NCBI GenBank assembly: GCA_963705305.1
Contig: OY970067.1
Location: 4,352,001 to 4,416,000, forward strand
DNA: 64,000 bases
Origin: an uncultured Methylomirabilota bacterium
GTDB taxonomy: Bacteria > Methylomirabilota > Methylomirabilia > Methylomirabilales > 2-02-FULL-66-22
Reading direction: 5' to 3'
The notes beneath the pieces are model-generated. The model was not told where the DNA came from. It saw only the letters and a program-made list of their open reading frames with translations, and ran no database searches. Positions 62,947 to 64,000 of this stretch are shown here, piece by piece. The position numbers were made by a program, and so were the translations under genes. Positions within the stretch are counted from its first letter, which is position 1, and each line of letters starts with the position of its first letter.

Positions 62947-63441
62947 CTATGGCCCCAGGGTACCCCGCACATACGCCGGCACAGAGTCTCGGCCGGACAG
63001 GTTCCCGCACGCCATGCATGCCGCCCTGGACGGCGCCTCGCGGCAATCCAGACAGGACTCCAGAATCCCCAGCGCCTCCTCCATCTCGCGCTGCAATCCC
63101 AGGTAACGCTGGACGCGAGCATCGATCTCGACCATTTCTTGATTCAGGGTCGCCACGATGCTCTGCGCGGCCTCCGCCCCCGTGGACGCGCGGCAGCGTT
63201 CGTCTATGATGCCGCGAATAGTCGAGAGCGGCACGGCCAGGCTGCGAAGGTCTCGGATGAATCGAATCCGGTCGCAGACTTCCTCGCCGTACAGATGCAC
63301 GCCGCCCGCCGTCCGATGGCTGGCCTGAATCAAGCCAAGGCTCTGGTAATACCGGACGGTCCGCAGGGTCACCCCCACCCGCTTGGCGACCTCGCCGACC
63401 TTCAGCAGGCAGGCCTTCCCCTCTTTTGAAAGCGCATTCAT
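62947..63441 (-). CDS. MerR-family transcriptional regulator with C-terminal Cys cluster
   Basis: VGEVAK..GVT.RTVRYY...GLI...RT.GG...Y; CLDC...CMAC tail. Confidence 0.88.
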   Translation of the reverse strand: MNALSKEGKACLLKVGEVAKRVGVTLRTVRYYQSLGLIQASHRTAGGVHLYGEEVCDRIRFIRDLRSLAVPLSTIRGIIDERCRASTGAEAAQSIVATLNQEMVEIDARVQRYLGLQREMEEALGILESCLDCREAPSRAACMACGNLSGRDSVPAYVRGTLGP

Positions 63442-63449
63442 CAATTCAG

Positions 63450-63478
63450 AAGCTAGCAAAACATGACGTTACTGTCAA
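63450..63478 (-). promoter_or_regulatory. Candidate sigma70 promoter of merR-nuoB-nuoI-moaA
   Basis: TTGACA-N17-TAGCTT ending 9 bp before ATG 63441. Confidence 0.45.
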
Positions 63479-63647
63479 GGTTATAACTCGAACAGCAATT
63501 TCAATGGGTTACCCATCCACCCTTGGATCAAAAAAGACCACTATCTCACGCAAAGCACGCAAAGGTCGCGAGATGGAACGAAGAGGCGCACAGGCGCTGG
63601 GGAGCACCGCTGCGCTCGGGCGAGGGGGGGAGGGGGGGAGCAGGGGC

Positions 63648-63823
63648 GACAGAGAGCACAGAGCATGGGGCATAGCGCGAAGGGTGAAAGGTGCCGCGGA
63701 GAAGGTGGAATGCGGGACCCCTGACTACTGACCACCCTCCGGGCCGTAGGCCCTCCCTCCGGGCCGTAGGCCCTCCCTCCGGGGTGGAACCCGGGCCGGA
63801 GGCTGCCTACTGCCTACTGGAAA
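63648..63823 (+). repeat. ~170-bp composite repeat near-identical to 52699-52872
   Basis: Shared GACAGAGAGCACAGAGCATGGGGCATAGCGCGAAGGGTGAAAGGTGCCGCGGAGAAGGTGGAATGCGGGACCCCTGACTACTGACCACCCTCCGG... Confidence 0.88.
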
Positions 63824-64000
63824 TCGCCGGCTCACCGATCCCCCGGCGCCTCCGAATCACGCGGCCAGCCTGGCCCGCGCGAAGGTTGTCATCGCCTCCG
63901 AAAGAAGCTCGCCGGGGAAGTCCCGGTACTTAGGTGAAAAATGAAAGACGGCCAGGTGGCGGGCCTGGGCGGCGGCGGCCAGCCGCCCCGCTTGCGCGGC

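Overview
Bacterial window with three parts. (1) About 1-45,100: a large minus-strand surface-polysaccharide (O-antigen/EPS) locus headed by a MarR-type wHTH gene. It carries GDP-fucose/colitose genes (gmd, fcl, colD-type), a CDP-3,6-dideoxysugar pathway (rfbFGH, an FNR-like reductase, a YerE-like ThDP enzyme), a NeuB-like synthase, glycosyltransferases, a flippase and a ligase/polymerase, plus ISAzo13, IS481 and IS1380-relic elements and several pseudogenes. (2) About 31,100-44,480, inside the head of that operon: a cassette-like array of eight co-oriented MNT/HEPN(DUF86) toxin-antitoxin-type modules plus a DUF4160/DUF2442 pair. It is punctuated by eight copies of a conserved ~28-bp site (GGGGACGTTG plus two 9-bp direct repeats) and by heptamer or palindromic repeats. 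One site is split exactly by an IS110-family element whose 3' non-coding end contains bridge-RNA-like target and donor guide segments matching that site and the element's own circle junction. (3) About 46,000-64,000: core metabolism (aroK pseudogene, URO-D family, wzz, HIT, AllA-like, sugar ABC, IlvD-family dehydratase, 2-oxoacid dehydrogenase E1/E2, moaA, isolated nuoB-nuoI, MerR), with the same composite repeat families in most intergenic gaps. No rRNA, tRNA or CRISPR array was seen. All family calls come from motif recognition by eye; no searches were run.
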